64,000 nt of DNA from Candidatus Bathyarchaeia archaeon (GCA_049521795.1 JBEKOM010000001.1:32001-96000), one strand, 5' to 3'. Numbered from the stretch's first letter, positions 1 through 9,960 are shown. A program made the numbers and translations. Notes: a model not told the origin generated them from the letters alone.

Positions 1-241
1 AGGCTGCCAATCTTCAGTGCACTGCACAGGGACAAAATGCCCGATGTGTGGCCACGAATTGCCTTTGATCGCAACGCAAGTTCGTGACGTCATCTCTTCC
101 ACACCAACGGGGATCGCTGGATCACAGTCACATTTTTTAATGAGAATCTTCATAATTGAACCAAAATGCTGCCAAGAACATGCGGTGAAAGATTTGCAAA
201 CGCAGTCTGAACAAAAAGGACGAGTGGCCCGCTGGACCACA

Positions 242-1069
242 ATGAAAGGATTAAACAAAGTGATCCTGTTTCTCGCAGTGGCAGCATTGATCGAGTTTCT
301 CGTCGTTCTTTACGCTATGAGCTTGGGCGTTGAGGACACATCAGTCTTGAAATGGAGTTTCAACTTTCCAGGGACGGGTTGGCCAGAGACGATAGCGATA
401 AGCCCAGCGTTCTTTCTGGTCCCCATTTGCGTCATAATCACGCTTGCAGTCAGCTGGGCGTACCTCACTAAGAAGGTATCTTTGCGACGGCAAGAAATAC
501 GAAGAGGAAAGGTTGAAACCTTCCCAAGGCAGAGGGTTCAAAAGAGGGGACTGCTATCACGAATAAGTCGCGCTGCAAGGAACTTTTCTAAGAGGATAAA
601 GTCAAAGCTGCCGAAAACCAAGGGGATTTCTTCTCTTTCCCAAAGAATGCACATCCAAAGAGCCACAGTCAGAAGCGCCTTGATTGTACTGCTGGCTTTT
701 GTAGCTTTCACCCTGCTTTTCTCTCTTTTTGCCTACCCGCAGGCAATCTTTCGGTTTGTAACGAACGCTTATCAGACCGACCCGTCGCTACGCAACTTCG
801 TCATCTCGGTAGACAACTGGGCGAAAGGAGCGGCGCAAGCTCTGGGACCCATAGGCTGGCTGAGCACTTCCATAAACAACGGTCTGATTGCTGCTTCACC
901 AGGGGTCAGAGATCTAGGAGTTGCTTTTGGGGGCCTGATCAGTCCAATAGCAACCTTAGCCAGTGTTGACAAGTTCTTGCTTTTCCAAAACGCTGCGGCC
1001 TGGATTTCTGTAATATTAGTTTTCATTTATGGAGAGCGAACAGGGAAAAGCTACAGGTACAAGAAATAG
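242..1069 (+). CDS. Multi-pass membrane protein, unknown function
   Basis: Several hydrophobic segments around a basic loop; ATG at 242 preferred over the upstream GTG at 17. Confidence 0.7.
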   Translation: MKGLNKVILFLAVAALIEFLVVLYAMSLGVEDTSVLKWSFNFPGTGWPETIAISPAFFLVPICVIITLAVSWAYLTKKVSLRRQEIRRGKVETFPRQRVQKRGLLSRISRAARNFSKRIKSKLPKTKGISSLSQRMHIQRATVRSALIVLLAFVAFTLLFSLFAYPQAIFRFVTNAYQTDPSLRNFVISVDNWAKGAAQALGPIGWLSTSINNGLIAASPGVRDLGVAFGGLISPIATLASVDKFLLFQNAAAWISVILVFIYGERTGKSYRYKK

Positions 1070-1088
1070 CCAGACCCACGGGATCTCT

Positions 1089-1955
1089 ATGGATCGACGG
1101 CCCAGATTCGGTCCAGCTGGGGTTCCCCCACTGTTCAAGTCTATGAAGGCAACTTTGACGGATATTCCGAGACTTCTACGCGCAGAGGGACTTGACGCCT
1201 TCGAGTACGAAGCCGTTCAATGGGGAAAGAAGCCCCAAATGAGAAAAGAAGAGGCTCAGAAACTAGAGCTGGAAGCCAAGCAGAATGATGTTTGGCTCAG
1301 TCTTCACGGTTCGTACTTCATCAATTTCTGCGGCGAAAAAGCAATTGTTGAGGCAAGCAAACAACGCTTGATAGCGTGCGCAACTGCCGCTGAATGGATG
1401 AATGCGCACGTTGTGGTTTTCCATCCCGGTTTCTACGGAAAGAAAACACCCAAGGAGGCTCTCAAAACGTGCTCAAAAGCCTTGGAAGAGGTTGTTGAAA
1501 ACATGCTGAGCCTGGGGATTAGAAACGTTAGGATAGGACCAGAAACGATGGGCAGGACTTATCAGCTGGGAAGCCTCGACGAAACCTTGAGTCTGTGCGA
1601 GACAGTTGAACACACGCAGCTGGTTGTTGATTGGTCCCATCTTCACGCAAGAGACATAGGGCGCTTCAGAACTATCGAGGATTTCCGCAAGGTCGCAGAG
1701 CTCATTGAGAATAGACTTGGAACTGACGCTCTCAAGAATTTGCACTGTCACTTCACGAAAATCGAGTTCACTGACAAGGGTGAAAGACGCCATCGCACGC
1801 TGCAGGAAGCACGTTACGGACCAGACTTCCGAATGCTTGCAAGAGCCATCATTGAATTCGAGCTGAAACCAGTCATCATAAGCGAAAGCCCAATCCTAGA
1901 TCTCGACGCAATGAAGATGCGTGACATACTTCAAGAAGAGCTAAACAAGAGCTAA
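1089..1955 (+). CDS. Endonuclease IV-like TIM-barrel protein (AP endonuclease family 2)
   Basis: FGPAG N-terminus; metal-ligand motifs SLHGSYFIN, VFHPG, GPETMG, DWSHLHAR, HCHF, ISESP. Confidence 0.85.
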   Translation: MDRRPRFGPAGVPPLFKSMKATLTDIPRLLRAEGLDAFEYEAVQWGKKPQMRKEEAQKLELEAKQNDVWLSLHGSYFINFCGEKAIVEASKQRLIACATAAEWMNAHVVVFHPGFYGKKTPKEALKTCSKALEEVVENMLSLGIRNVRIGPETMGRTYQLGSLDETLSLCETVEHTQLVVDWSHLHARDIGRFRTIEDFRKVAELIENRLGTDALKNLHCHFTKIEFTDKGERRHRTLQEARYGPDFRMLARAIIEFELKPVIISESPILDLDAMKMRDILQEELNKS

Positions 1956-2009
1956 GAAAGTGCGATACGTTTTTACGCTGTCCTGTAGTGCTTTTCAAGA
2001 GGGCATGTT

Positions 2010-3257
2010 TTGGTTCGATTGAGAGGATTTCAAAAACTAGTCCCAGTAGAAACCGCGTTACAAACGTTTCTCGGAACATTGCGGATCAAACCGAAAGAAA
2101 CGTCTAGTCCCTTGCACTCAGCTCTAAACCGTGTCCTAGCCGAACAAATAATCGCAAGGACAGATTTGCCGAGGACTAACAGGTCAGCGATGGATGGATA
2201 CGCTGTAAACGCCGACAGCACTGCCCAAGCAACACAGCGTAGACCAGAAACTCTCAAGATCGTCAACAAGAGCGTCATGAACGAAGGCGAAGCAAAGCAG
2301 GTTTGGACGGGCAACTCGGTTCCCATTGGCGCAAACGCTGTCGTGATGCTGGAAAATGTCAAACTGGATGGAGACAAGGTCGCCGTGTCTAGCCCTGTGC
2401 CCCAATGGGAAAACGTTTCAAAAAAGGGCGAAGACGTGCGAAAACGACAGGTCGTTGCCGAAGCAGGAACTCGTCTAAAGCCTCAACATCTTGGACTGAT
2501 AGCTGCCTTTGGCATCGCTGAAGTAAAGGTTTTCAGAAGGCCCAAGATCGCCATTTTAGCAACTGGAAACGAGCTTGCCGAGGTGGGTAGCAGACTGCGA
2601 AGAGAACAGGTGTTTGACACCAACAGAACTGCCCTAGTTGCATTATGCAGTGAGCTAGGAGCACAAACTCTGGACTTGGGCATTGCCAGAGATGACGTAG
2701 ACGAAATCTCGGAAAAGCTGAGGCTAGGCCTCCTGAAGGCTGACGGCGTGATTAGTTCTGGCGGAACCAGTGTCGGGGGCCTGGATCTCGTTCCGGAAAC
2801 TGTCAATCGAGTTGGAAAGCCAGGCGTCATCGTTCATGGCGTGGCAATGCGTCCAGGCATGCCAACGGCGTTGGCGGTCGTGAAAGACAAACCCATCATC
2901 GTACTCCCTGGCAACCCTGTTGCTGCTATGCTAGGCTTCGAGGTTTTTGGCAGACCGGTGCTGAGCATGATGCTTGGGCTTAAACGGGCAGAACTGAGAC
3001 CCATATTGAGGGCGAGAATGACTAGGAGAATCTCCACCACCTTGGGAAGGAAGAATTTAGTTCGTGTCCACGTTGTTCAGAAGGATGATGATTTCTTCGC
3101 TGAACCAATTAGCGCTCGAGGTTCAAGTCTGATTTCCACTATGACAAGAGCTAACGGTTATGTCGTCGTGCCAGAAAACGTGGAAGGCGTAGAAGAAGGA
3201 GACATTGTCTTGGTCAACATGTTTGACGATTTAGAGGCGAATAGAAATCATGTTTAG
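2010..3257 (+). CDS. moeA: Molybdopterin molybdenumtransferase MoeA (paralog 1)
   Basis: SAMDGYAV, ATGNEL, SGGTSVG, MRPGMP, LPGNP motifs. Confidence 0.93.
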   Translation: MVRLRGFQKLVPVETALQTFLGTLRIKPKETSSPLHSALNRVLAEQIIARTDLPRTNRSAMDGYAVNADSTAQATQRRPETLKIVNKSVMNEGEAKQVWTGNSVPIGANAVVMLENVKLDGDKVAVSSPVPQWENVSKKGEDVRKRQVVAEAGTRLKPQHLGLIAAFGIAEVKVFRRPKIAILATGNELAEVGSRLRREQVFDTNRTALVALCSELGAQTLDLGIARDDVDEISEKLRLGLLKADGVISSGGTSVGGLDLVPETVNRVGKPGVIVHGVAMRPGMPTALAVVKDKPIIVLPGNPVAAMLGFEVFGRPVLSMMLGLKRAELRPILRARMTRRISTTLGRKNLVRVHVVQKDDDFFAEPISARGSSLISTMTRANGYVVVPENVEGVEEGDIVLVNMFDDLEANRNHV

Positions 3258-4491
3258 GAAACTGTTGACTTTTGAAGAGGCAAAAAAGGTCATTCTGGAA
3301 CGATTCAGCCCTAAGCCTTTGGGCGTTGAAGAGATTTCGCTTCTTGAGGCTAGCAGCCGTGTTCTGGCACAAGACGTGACGGCCGGCAGAGACATTCCAC
3401 CATTTGATCGGTCAACAGTCGATGGATACGCTGTCAGGGCTCAAGACACCTTTGGTGCCGAGGAAAACAGACCGATTACGCTGACGGCTCACGGAGCAGT
3501 GCGCGTTGGAGAAACTTCTAAGATAGTTGTCAGAAAGAAAGAAGCAGCAGAAATAGTCACAGGAGCACCTATCCCTGAAGGCGCAGATGCTGTTGTCATG
3601 GTTGAGCAGACTGAAAGAAAGGCTAACCGTATTCGTGTTTTCAGCGCAGTTGCAAGGCGTGAGAACATAATGAAGGCAGGACAGGACATCGGAAAAGGCG
3701 AGACTGTTCTCAAAACTGGCAAACTGCTCAGTTCGAGAGAAGTCGGTGTTCTAGCTGCCTTGGGCATAGCGAATGTCAAGGTTTACGTAGTTCCTCGAGT
3801 GGCAGTTTTTTCGACGGGAGCTGAGGTAACCGAACCAGGCAGAAGCCTGCCCGCTGGGAAGATCTACGACATCAACGCGTACACCTTGAGCGCAGCAGTG
3901 CTCGAAAGCGGAGCGAAGCCCATTTTTCTCGGCGTTTTCCCTGATGACCTCGTCAAACTTCAAAAAGCGCTGAGGCACGCCTTGGCCTCCGCCGACGTTG
4001 TAGTAACGTCTGGCGGTGTCTCCGTAGGTCCAAAGGACGTTATGCCAAAAGCCGTGGCCTCCCTCGGCCAACCTGGCACGATCATATCTGGAATAGCAAT
4101 GAAGCCTGGAAAACCCACGACGATAGGGTTGATCCGTAACAAACCAGTGTTTTCACTTCCCGGACATCCTACGTCTGCTTTGCTTGTTTTCCATCTGCTT
4201 GCCCGCCCGATAATACAGGCAATGGGAGGGAGAAAAGCAGAAGAAGACTCAGAAGTGAAGGCCCTAGCGAATGCAAGGATGTTCGCAGCAAAGGGAAGAA
4301 GAACATTTGTCATGGTAAGTGTGAACCGGAGTGAACTAAACAGGACTGTGGCCGAGCCTATTCTAGCAGGGGATTCTGGAGCGATAACGACCCTCACAAG
4401 AGCAGATGGTTATGTCGAGATACCTGAAAACGTGCAATTCGTGGATGTAGGCGAGGAAGTCACGGTGCGACTTTTTCGAAAAATGCCGTAA
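3250..4491 (+). CDS. moeA: Molybdopterin molybdenumtransferase MoeA (paralog 2)
   Basis: PPFDRSTVDGYAV, TGAPIPEGADAVVMVE, SGGVSVG, KPGKPT, LPGHP; overlaps paralog 1. Confidence 0.93.
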   Translation: MFRKLLTFEEAKKVILERFSPKPLGVEEISLLEASSRVLAQDVTAGRDIPPFDRSTVDGYAVRAQDTFGAEENRPITLTAHGAVRVGETSKIVVRKKEAAEIVTGAPIPEGADAVVMVEQTERKANRIRVFSAVARRENIMKAGQDIGKGETVLKTGKLLSSREVGVLAALGIANVKVYVVPRVAVFSTGAEVTEPGRSLPAGKIYDINAYTLSAAVLESGAKPIFLGVFPDDLVKLQKALRHALASADVVVTSGGVSVGPKDVMPKAVASLGQPGTIISGIAMKPGKPTTIGLIRNKPVFSLPGHPTSALLVFHLLARPIIQAMGGRKAEEDSEVKALANARMFAAKGRRTFVMVSVNRSELNRTVAEPILAGDSGAITTLTRADGYVEIPENVQFVDVGEEVTVRLFRKMP

Positions 4492-4554
4492 GCGACAAAA
4501 AGAATCTGGGGAAACGAAAGTTAACGCGATAGTATAAAATGAGAAAAGATGTCC

Positions 4555-4911
4555 TTATTCTTCTAGAACTTTTCTCTTGTTTGCGGCGTATGCTGTGAAG
4601 ACCCATGTTAGAATGAGGTAGAAAATCATTCCGACGCCGAGAAAATAATTGGCTGTAAAAACACTGAAAATGACATAGGACGCGTAGGTTGTGCTAGCGA
4701 AGAACAAGATTATGATAAACCAGAATGACCAGGCTCTCTTCCTAAACATGCCATAGGCAGCGATCAGGCTTAGTATGCCGAGGATCCCAACGTGCGGCGG
4801 AAAGCCACTCAATGGCAAAAGAGCAACGAATGCTATTCCAACGATTGCGTAGAAAACAGATGTTGCAAACAATCCCCAGCTCTCAATCCTCAGCCTCGAC
4901 CCGAGTGACAT
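4555..4911 (-). CDS. Small four-TM membrane protein
   Basis: 118 aa with four hydrophobic helices. Confidence 0.7.
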   Translation of the reverse strand: MSLGSRLRIESWGLFATSVFYAIVGIAFVALLPLSGFPPHVGILGILSLIAAYGMFRKRAWSFWFIIILFFASTTYASYVIFSVFTANYFLGVGMIFYLILTWVFTAYAANKRKVLEE

Positions 4912-4953
4912 TTTCCATACGCCTTTAACCCTAATGCATTGACAGTAAGATTA

Positions 4954-4992
4954 ATAAATCTAATGTTCCACTGTCCGCTTAAACTCACACTT
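4954..4992 (+). repeat. Left direct repeat of island (candidate attL or duplicated promoter)
   Basis: 32/39 identical to 12455-12493 by manual alignment. Confidence 0.7.
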
Positions 4993-5116
4993 TTCGATAC
5001 TTGTCTTTCTACATAAGAGCCTATACAATCACTGGAGTATCCATTGTAGTTCCTTCAGAAAAGAACATGTTAAGTCCACTAAAGGCTTCGTTTCATTTGC
5101 TTGATGAAGTTTTCCT

Positions 5117-5344
5117 TTATGCAAAACTCGTACGTATTCCTCTTTCAGCTTGACTGAAGCCTTTTGAACGTTTTTCAAACCATGGTTCATACCATGTTTT
5201 AGATACCCACTTATGTTTTTCACACGCAAGGATTTTTGTTTTAACATTAGTCTTATGTTCTGGGTTATGAAATGGACAGTTTTTATTTTCGGTGATTTTC
5301 AATTCACCTTTAAGCAATGCCTCTTTTATCCATCCTTTAGTCAT
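5117..5344 (-). CDS. Small hypothetical protein
   Basis: Start overlaps the stop of the HNH gene (ATGA coupling); contains Cys/His. Confidence 0.5.
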   Translation of the reverse strand: MTKGWIKEALLKGELKITENKNCPFHNPEHKTNVKTKILACEKHKWVSKTWYEPWFEKRSKGFSQAERGIRTSFA

Positions 5345-5754
5345 GTCTTCACCATTTTCTTTTCACTCATTTTTGAACCTCTCATTTGCTCTCTTTGTTG
5401 CCAAATCTCCCTTATTACATTACCCACCCTTTTGAATTCCTCATAGGTTAAAAAATCTGTCTTAGCCATATTACAGAGGGCGCAAGCCAAAACCGAATTC
5501 TCCAACGTATAACCTTGCTCGTTATCCTTACGGTCTATTTCCAACCTTCGTCCTCTCCTTCCAGAACCATAAAACTTCTTTTCCCAGATGCTAGTAAATT
5601 CCTTTTCCTCTATTCCGCAATAATGACACCTTGTTCCGTCCCTCTCGTAAAGTTGTTTTCGTAGTTTCTCTTTCTCTTTGACACCTCTTGGTGCTACATC
5701 TTTGAACTTTCTTGCGTGCTCTATAATCTTAATCCCCCTCTTCTGACTTATCAT
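5341..5754 (-). CDS. HNH endonuclease family protein
   Basis: RDGTRCHYCG ... LEIDRKDN..GY..EN.VLACALCNMAK, the HNH/Zn signature. Confidence 0.8.
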   Translation of the reverse strand: MISQKRGIKIIEHARKFKDVAPRGVKEKEKLRKQLYERDGTRCHYCGIEEKEFTSIWEKKFYGSGRRGRRLEIDRKDNEQGYTLENSVLACALCNMAKTDFLTYEEFKRVGNVIREIWQQREQMRGSKMSEKKMVKT

Positions 5755-5804
5755 ACTTCTTCCTCTTTGTCATTTTTGAACATCTAGTTTGTCCTTTGTA
5801 GTAT

Positions 5805-5823
5805 GCAGATTTAAGATTTCTGT
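5805..5823 (-). promoter_or_regulatory. Island motif A copy (BRE/TATA-like, ACAGAAATCTTAAATCTGC)
   Basis: Recurs at 7120-7148, 7314-7346, 7720-7752, 8439-8451 and 9881-9896, mostly just upstream of minus-strand ORFs. Confidence 0.65.
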
Positions 5824-5928
5824 CTTGCCTATTCTTCACATTTCACAATAAGAAAGAACAAGATTTGCGATTCATAAAATCTAATTCCTTCTCCTTGACT
5901 AATCAAATACAAAGAAAGGTAACCATCT

Positions 5929-6399
5929 ATGGGCAATTGTGCAAAATGCGGAAAGCAACTGAGCTGGATAGGTCAAAATGCAAGTTGTCAATTCATGCCA
6001 CGTTTTGTAAAGCAACATCCAGAGTACAAAGGTAAGAAATTCTGTAGAGAATGCATGGTTAAGGAGACTGCCGAAAGACAATTTAGAGAAGCACAAGACG
6101 GAAAAACCGCATTCATACAAGACGACGCCCAAACAGTTTTGCAGGATAGACAAAAAAGATTGACAATCTACACAGATGTAGCGGCAAAATTCGGCTATAC
6201 CTTTAAGCAAATCGAAGATGCCGCTTATAATAGAAGTGCTTATTCTATACCAGTTCAAATTCATCCTGCGACAATGATTTTCGAGAAAGCCATAGCCACT
6301 AATAAGGAAACCAATTTCCTCAATTGTCAATACTGCAAAACTCGCTATGATACAAACCAATACTTCAAATGTCCTCAATGCGGTTCGCCAGCAGCTTAG
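5929..6399 (+). CDS. Multi zinc-ribbon protein
   Basis: CAKCG, FCREC, CQYC and CPQCG pairs. Confidence 0.7.
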   Translation: MGNCAKCGKQLSWIGQNASCQFMPRFVKQHPEYKGKKFCRECMVKETAERQFREAQDGKTAFIQDDAQTVLQDRQKRLTIYTDVAAKFGYTFKQIEDAAYNRSAYSIPVQIHPATMIFEKAIATNKETNFLNCQYCKTRYDTNQYFKCPQCGSPAA

Positions 6400-6413
6400 A
6401 GAAGGCAAAAGGG

Positions 6414-6647
6414 ATGATGAGAATGGTGTGGGTAAAAGGTCACGCAAGAATAAGCGGAAAGTGTAACCATTGCAGGAAGGAAGTCAATAAAGGTGATACT
6501 GCTTTTGTTGAAATTCATGGCATATTTCCAAGGCCTTCAACAACTACAGCGTTATGCGAGGACTGCTTTAATCAATTGCATCCCAACGAAAAAACCGTTT
6601 CTGAAACGGGTTTGGCACTAAGAAGATTCACGTTTAGAACAAGCTAG
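6414..6647 (+). CDS. Small zinc-finger protein
   Basis: CNHC...LCEDCF; start at ATG 6414. Confidence 0.55.
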   Translation: MMRMVWVKGHARISGKCNHCRKEVNKGDTAFVEIHGIFPRPSTTTALCEDCFNQLHPNEKTVSETGLALRRFTFRTS

Positions 6648-6739
6648 AAGATTCATCAGACCAGATAGAACTACCAAATACACTTTCCCAAGAACTGGAA
6701 GAGATTAGTAAACTCTTGAAGGTGTGAAAACTCGAGAAG

Positions 6740-7060
6740 ATGAATGAAAAAATGAAAGACGAAACGAAGTTGGATATTGCTTTACTCTTAATTGTTCTTG
6801 CGACTCTGTTTCTTGTACCTCTGGCAGCCACTTGCATACTATATTATTCGTCAATCTTTAGACCGTCAACATTCACGGCAATCTATATTTGCACCTTCAT
6901 ATTTTGGTTCATTGCCTTTTTCGCTATTGTTGGATGGTATGACGAACAAGAACAGAATCGACAGATATTCGGAAGAATCAGAAAAGACATTGAAGAACGT
7001 AGAGAGCTAAGAGAGAGAATGCTGGAAAAACTACGCAAAGAACAAGATGAAGAAACTTAA
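6740..7060 (+). CDS. Two-TM protein with coiled-coil tail
   Basis: Two hydrophobic helices followed by a charged helical C-terminus. Confidence 0.6.
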   Translation: MNEKMKDETKLDIALLLIVLATLFLVPLAATCILYYSSIFRPSTFTAIYICTFIFWFIAFFAIVGWYDEQEQNRQIFGRIRKDIEERRELRERMLEKLRKEQDEET

Positions 7061-7119
7061 ACCCTTTCCTCTTTTGTTTCATCGACTTTTGTTTCACTCG
7101 TTCCTGAATCCCCAGTTTA

Positions 7120-7148
7120 TCTTCTGTTGCTGTGAAGATTTAAGATTT
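7120..7148 (-). promoter_or_regulatory. Island motif A copy (no clear downstream ORF)
   Basis: 27/29 identical to 7720-7748. Confidence 0.6.
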
Positions 7149-7296
7149 AGAGATTGATTTTCCCTATTTCTGGACAACTGTGCTTTTTCATTCTGTAACA
7201 AACTACCGTTCCATCGGTTCTTATGTGGAACAATGAGGAGTTGCAGTTTCGGCATCGCAGATATTTCTGTTTTCCATCATGCTTCAAGTTTTCCAT
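7147..7296 (-). CDS. 49-aa Cys-rich microprotein (not in ORF track)
   Basis: MENLKHDGKQKYLRCRNCNSSLFHIRTDGTVVCYRMKKHSCPEIGKINL; directly downstream of the motif A copy at 7314-7346. Confidence 0.55.
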   Translation of the reverse strand: MENLKHDGKQKYLRCRNCNSSLFHIRTDGTVVCYRMKKHSCPEIGKINL

Positions 7297-7313
7297 GTCT
7301 CTCGGCCAGTTTG

Positions 7314-7346
7314 TCTTCTGTTACCGTGCCGATTTAAGATTTCTGT
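7314..7346 (-). promoter_or_regulatory. Island motif A copy
   Basis: TCTTCTGTTACCGTGCCGATTTAAGATTTCTGT on the + strand. Confidence 0.65.
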
Positions 7347-7375
7347 GTTACAGCTTGACTAGAGCCTTTTCACCC

Positions 7376-7699
7376 TTAATAATCATAATAGGGTGCTCCT
7401 ATTCGCTTTGCTTCCTTTTTGAAATTTTCACCCTCTTCGCCCCAATCAGGTAATCCTCTTCTGTAAAGTTCTGCATGAACCATCTCATGTTTCAGAGTGG
7501 TTTCAAAGTTAGTTTCTTTGAGATTTAGACTAGCATAGTTTTCCAGCATATGTATTGTGAGGTTTTCTGGGTCTGTTCGTCCTTGTGCAGATTTCTCATC
7601 AAACAGAATAGTGTATGAGGGAAGTTTGCCCCCATAATACTTCTTGTTCAAAATAAAGAAAATTCTCTGTGCTTCTTGTCTTTTTGTATCATCAGTCAT
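7376..7699 (-). CDS. SprT-like zinc metalloprotease
   Basis: LNKKYYGGKLP N-terminal motif; TLKHEMVH (HExxH); GENFKKEA.RIG. Confidence 0.75.
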   Translation of the reverse strand: MTDDTKRQEAQRIFFILNKKYYGGKLPSYTILFDEKSAQGRTDPENLTIHMLENYASLNLKETNFETTLKHEMVHAELYRRGLPDWGEEGENFKKEAKRIGAPYYDY

Positions 7700-7719
7700 T
7701 TTGAAATCTCTACTTTTGT

Positions 7720-7752
7720 TCTTCTGTTGCTGTGCAGATTAAAGATTTCTGT
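7720..7752 (-). promoter_or_regulatory. Island motif A copy
   Basis: TCTTCTGTTGCTGTGCAGATTAAAGATTTCTGT, upstream of the SprT-like gene. Confidence 0.65.
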
Positions 7753-7775
7753 TAATTGACGTCTGAGTAGAGTCT

Positions 7776-8426
7776 TTATGATGTCGGTGTAAACATGCCG
7801 ACCACGTCTTCAGTGAAAGTCGTTGTATTTGTTTGGTTTGGTTGGACAGAAAACAGTTGTGCCTCGAACGTCAAATCGCCTAAATTGAAACCTATCGCAG
7901 TAACGTCAGGCGATATCCAATTAGGTTTTAGAAAGACCGTCAATTCCACGAGCAACTTATCTTCTATTGAGTTTATCACATTCCTTGAAATGAAGTATTG
8001 ATGTATGGCTCCTCCTAAGTAAGATGGTGAGTGTTCCATGGAGTTTAGATATTTCATGTCAAGCTCCAAGTTTACTTCACTAGTGTTGGCGAGATTGAGA
8101 GTATTGACGTTAATTGTTAACATGCCGTCATAAGGAGTTACCACTTTCAAATCCACCGTGACAAGTCCATCTAGGCTAGCAAAAGTATCATTACGCACGC
8201 AATACATAGAGTTGAGCGTTGAGGTCGCATTAATCGAGAATATGAAAGGTTGAAAGTAGGTGAGAGAGTTTATGGAGTTCTGCAAGTTGTAACTTTGCGA
8301 TGCATAATATATGTTGAAACCCGTGCTGATGAGCAGAGCAATCAAAGTAAGCATAGAGAGCCATTTTCTTCCTTTTCGAATCTTGATTCCATTCGCTTCT
8401 ATATATGCCATATCCGCTAATGACAA
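7776..8426 (-). CDS. Membrane-anchored extracellular protein
   Basis: N-terminal TM helix, beta-rich Asn/Thr-rich ectodomain with N-x-S/T sequons. Confidence 0.65.
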   Translation of the reverse strand: MSLADMAYIEANGIKIRKGRKWLSMLTLIALLISTGFNIYYASQSYNLQNSINSLTYFQPFIFSINATSTLNSMYCVRNDTFASLDGLVTVDLKVVTPYDGMLTINVNTLNLANTSEVNLELDMKYLNSMEHSPSYLGGAIHQYFISRNVINSIEDKLLVELTVFLKPNWISPDVTAIGFNLGDLTFEAQLFSVQPNQTNTTTFTEDVVGMFTPTS

Positions 8427-8466
8427 ACCCTAGAGAAATAAGATTTCTGTCTTTGTTGCGTTTCGT

Positions 8467-9006
8467 TTAGGTTGAACTAGGTTGCTGTGGGTTAGTAGGC
8501 GGTGGTGGTCGATTGGTTTCTACCGTTCTTTTCCTATGGCGTAGAGCGACCGCCAAAGCCATAATCACGATTAGAAGTATCACGACAACACCGATGATTA
8601 TCAACAATTGCCCTATGTCAAAGCCAAAGACCGAAGATAAGCCAACGTCATATGTCAAGTACACCGTTTTCCCAGTAAACAATGAGAAAGTGTTGCCGAA
8701 ATGTAATGTGTACGCTCCAGATGCTTGTGCGGTGAAATCAAATGTCTTACCTTGTGTGACTCTTCCATAGTCAAGGATTTTAGTACCTTGAGGGTCTGTC
8801 ACCCAGAAATCAATATCATTGCCACCACCACTTATAGACAATGACCCCGTGAACTTCTGTCCACCATCCAGATTAAACGTCACCATTTCCTCGCTCAATG
8901 CACCTACTTGAACAGTTTCAACACTAGAAGCCTTTACGAACGAAAAAGCAACAACTGATAATAGAATTGCCGTTATCACTAGAGCCAAAAAGAATTTGTT
9001 TTTCAA
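8467..9006 (-). CDS. GOLD-domain (emp24/p24-like) type I membrane protein
   Basis: Signal peptide; GGGNDIDFWVTDPQG...FDFTAQASGAYTLHFGNTFS..TGKTV resembles p24 GOLD; C-terminal TM and Pro-rich tail. Confidence 0.7.
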   Translation of the reverse strand: MKNKFFLALVITAILLSVVAFSFVKASSVETVQVGALSEEMVTFNLDGGQKFTGSLSISGGGNDIDFWVTDPQGTKILDYGRVTQGKTFDFTAQASGAYTLHFGNTFSLFTGKTVYLTYDVGLSSVFGFDIGQLLIIIGVVVILLIVIMALAVALRHRKRTVETNRPPPPTNPQQPSST

Positions 9007-9100
9007 TTGACTGCCTCAATTCAAGACTGACTTTTGACTCTAATAAAACTATGGGTTAATCGTCATTTCTGAAAAAGAATCAAGATAATGAACAGAATAT

Positions 9101-9847
9101 TCAGTTGGCAAGTGGTGGTGGAGGTGGAGTCGGCAATTGTTTCTTCTTCGACCTATTTCTCCTAATAACCAAGCCTGTTGTTACAGTTAATGCGCATACG
9201 ACAACTACAATACCTATGGCGACATAGGTCCAAGGAAATTGTGGTTGGACTCCTTTTATCGTTATCCATACTGGGTCCTCAACTCCACCAATTATGCCAC
9301 CGTCATTTGAAAAATATGGAGCATCCCCACCGCCAATAGGTCCGCTTCCTTCTTCGGATGCATCTTTGCAGTGGAAAGAACCAACAAGGTCGATGACATA
9401 ATGGAGCTTCACGGTCTCATCCTGAGCGATATTTTGATAAGGTCTTGACGCATTTACCGTATATGAGAATGATTGAGAACTGTTGAGAACTAAAGTATTT
9501 GACTGCACCCGCACTAAAGTCATCATCTGTTTGGAAAGGTCTTTAGAAAGAATTCTCTCTGTACCGAGTTCTACATAGACATCGTACACGCTAAGACTGA
9601 GATTCTCCACATTTGGATTTATGTTTTTTATTCCTATTGTGAAGTCTATTTCATGGTTTTCCTTTAGAAGCCAAATGTCATTATCCCATGAAAAACGAAT
9701 ATCTACATCAAAAAGCCTAGGTCCTATCAACCAACTGTAATGAAAAGTCGTTACCTTGGACCCACCGCTACAATATACCGTAAAGACAAGATTGCCAAAA
9801 AGCAAGCAGAAAAGAGTCAGCAGGGCGATTAGAGTGACCGCTTTCAT
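9101..9847 (-). CDS. Secreted/surface protein with C-terminal TM anchor and poly-Pro tail
   Basis: Signal peptide from ATG 9847; TM helix followed by RRNRSKKK..PTPPPPP. Confidence 0.7.
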   Translation of the reverse strand: MKAVTLIALLTLFCLLFGNLVFTVYCSGGSKVTTFHYSWLIGPRLFDVDIRFSWDNDIWLLKENHEIDFTIGIKNINPNVENLSLSVYDVYVELGTERILSKDLSKQMMTLVRVQSNTLVLNSSQSFSYTVNASRPYQNIAQDETVKLHYVIDLVGSFHCKDASEEGSGPIGGGDAPYFSNDGGIIGGVEDPVWITIKGVQPQFPWTYVAIGIVVVVCALTVTTGLVIRRNRSKKKQLPTPPPPPLAN

Positions 9848-9880
9848 CAGTCTCACCATGGGTGTTCTGATGCATCTGTG

Positions 9881-9896
9881 GATTAAAGATTTCTGT
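9881..9896 (-). promoter_or_regulatory. Island motif A copy
   Basis: GATTAAAGATTTCTGT, back-to-back with motif B. Confidence 0.6.
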
Positions 9897-9902
9897 CCTT
9901 GA

Positions 9903-9930
9903 GGTTTTGCGGAAAAGTTATAGCCGAACC
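9903..9930 (+). promoter_or_regulatory. Island motif B copy (GGTTTTGCGGAAAAGTTATAGCYGAACC)
   Basis: 27/28 identical to 10450-10477; purine-rich BRE plus TTATA, about 30 bp before ATG 9961. Confidence 0.7.
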
Positions 9931-9960
9931 GAAATAACACCATCTTCACAGGTGTTAGGA

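Noticed and set aside
17-241. Cys-rich N-terminal extension of the first ORF
   Set aside because: Cannot be evaluated at the window edge; ATG 242 gives a clean TM start
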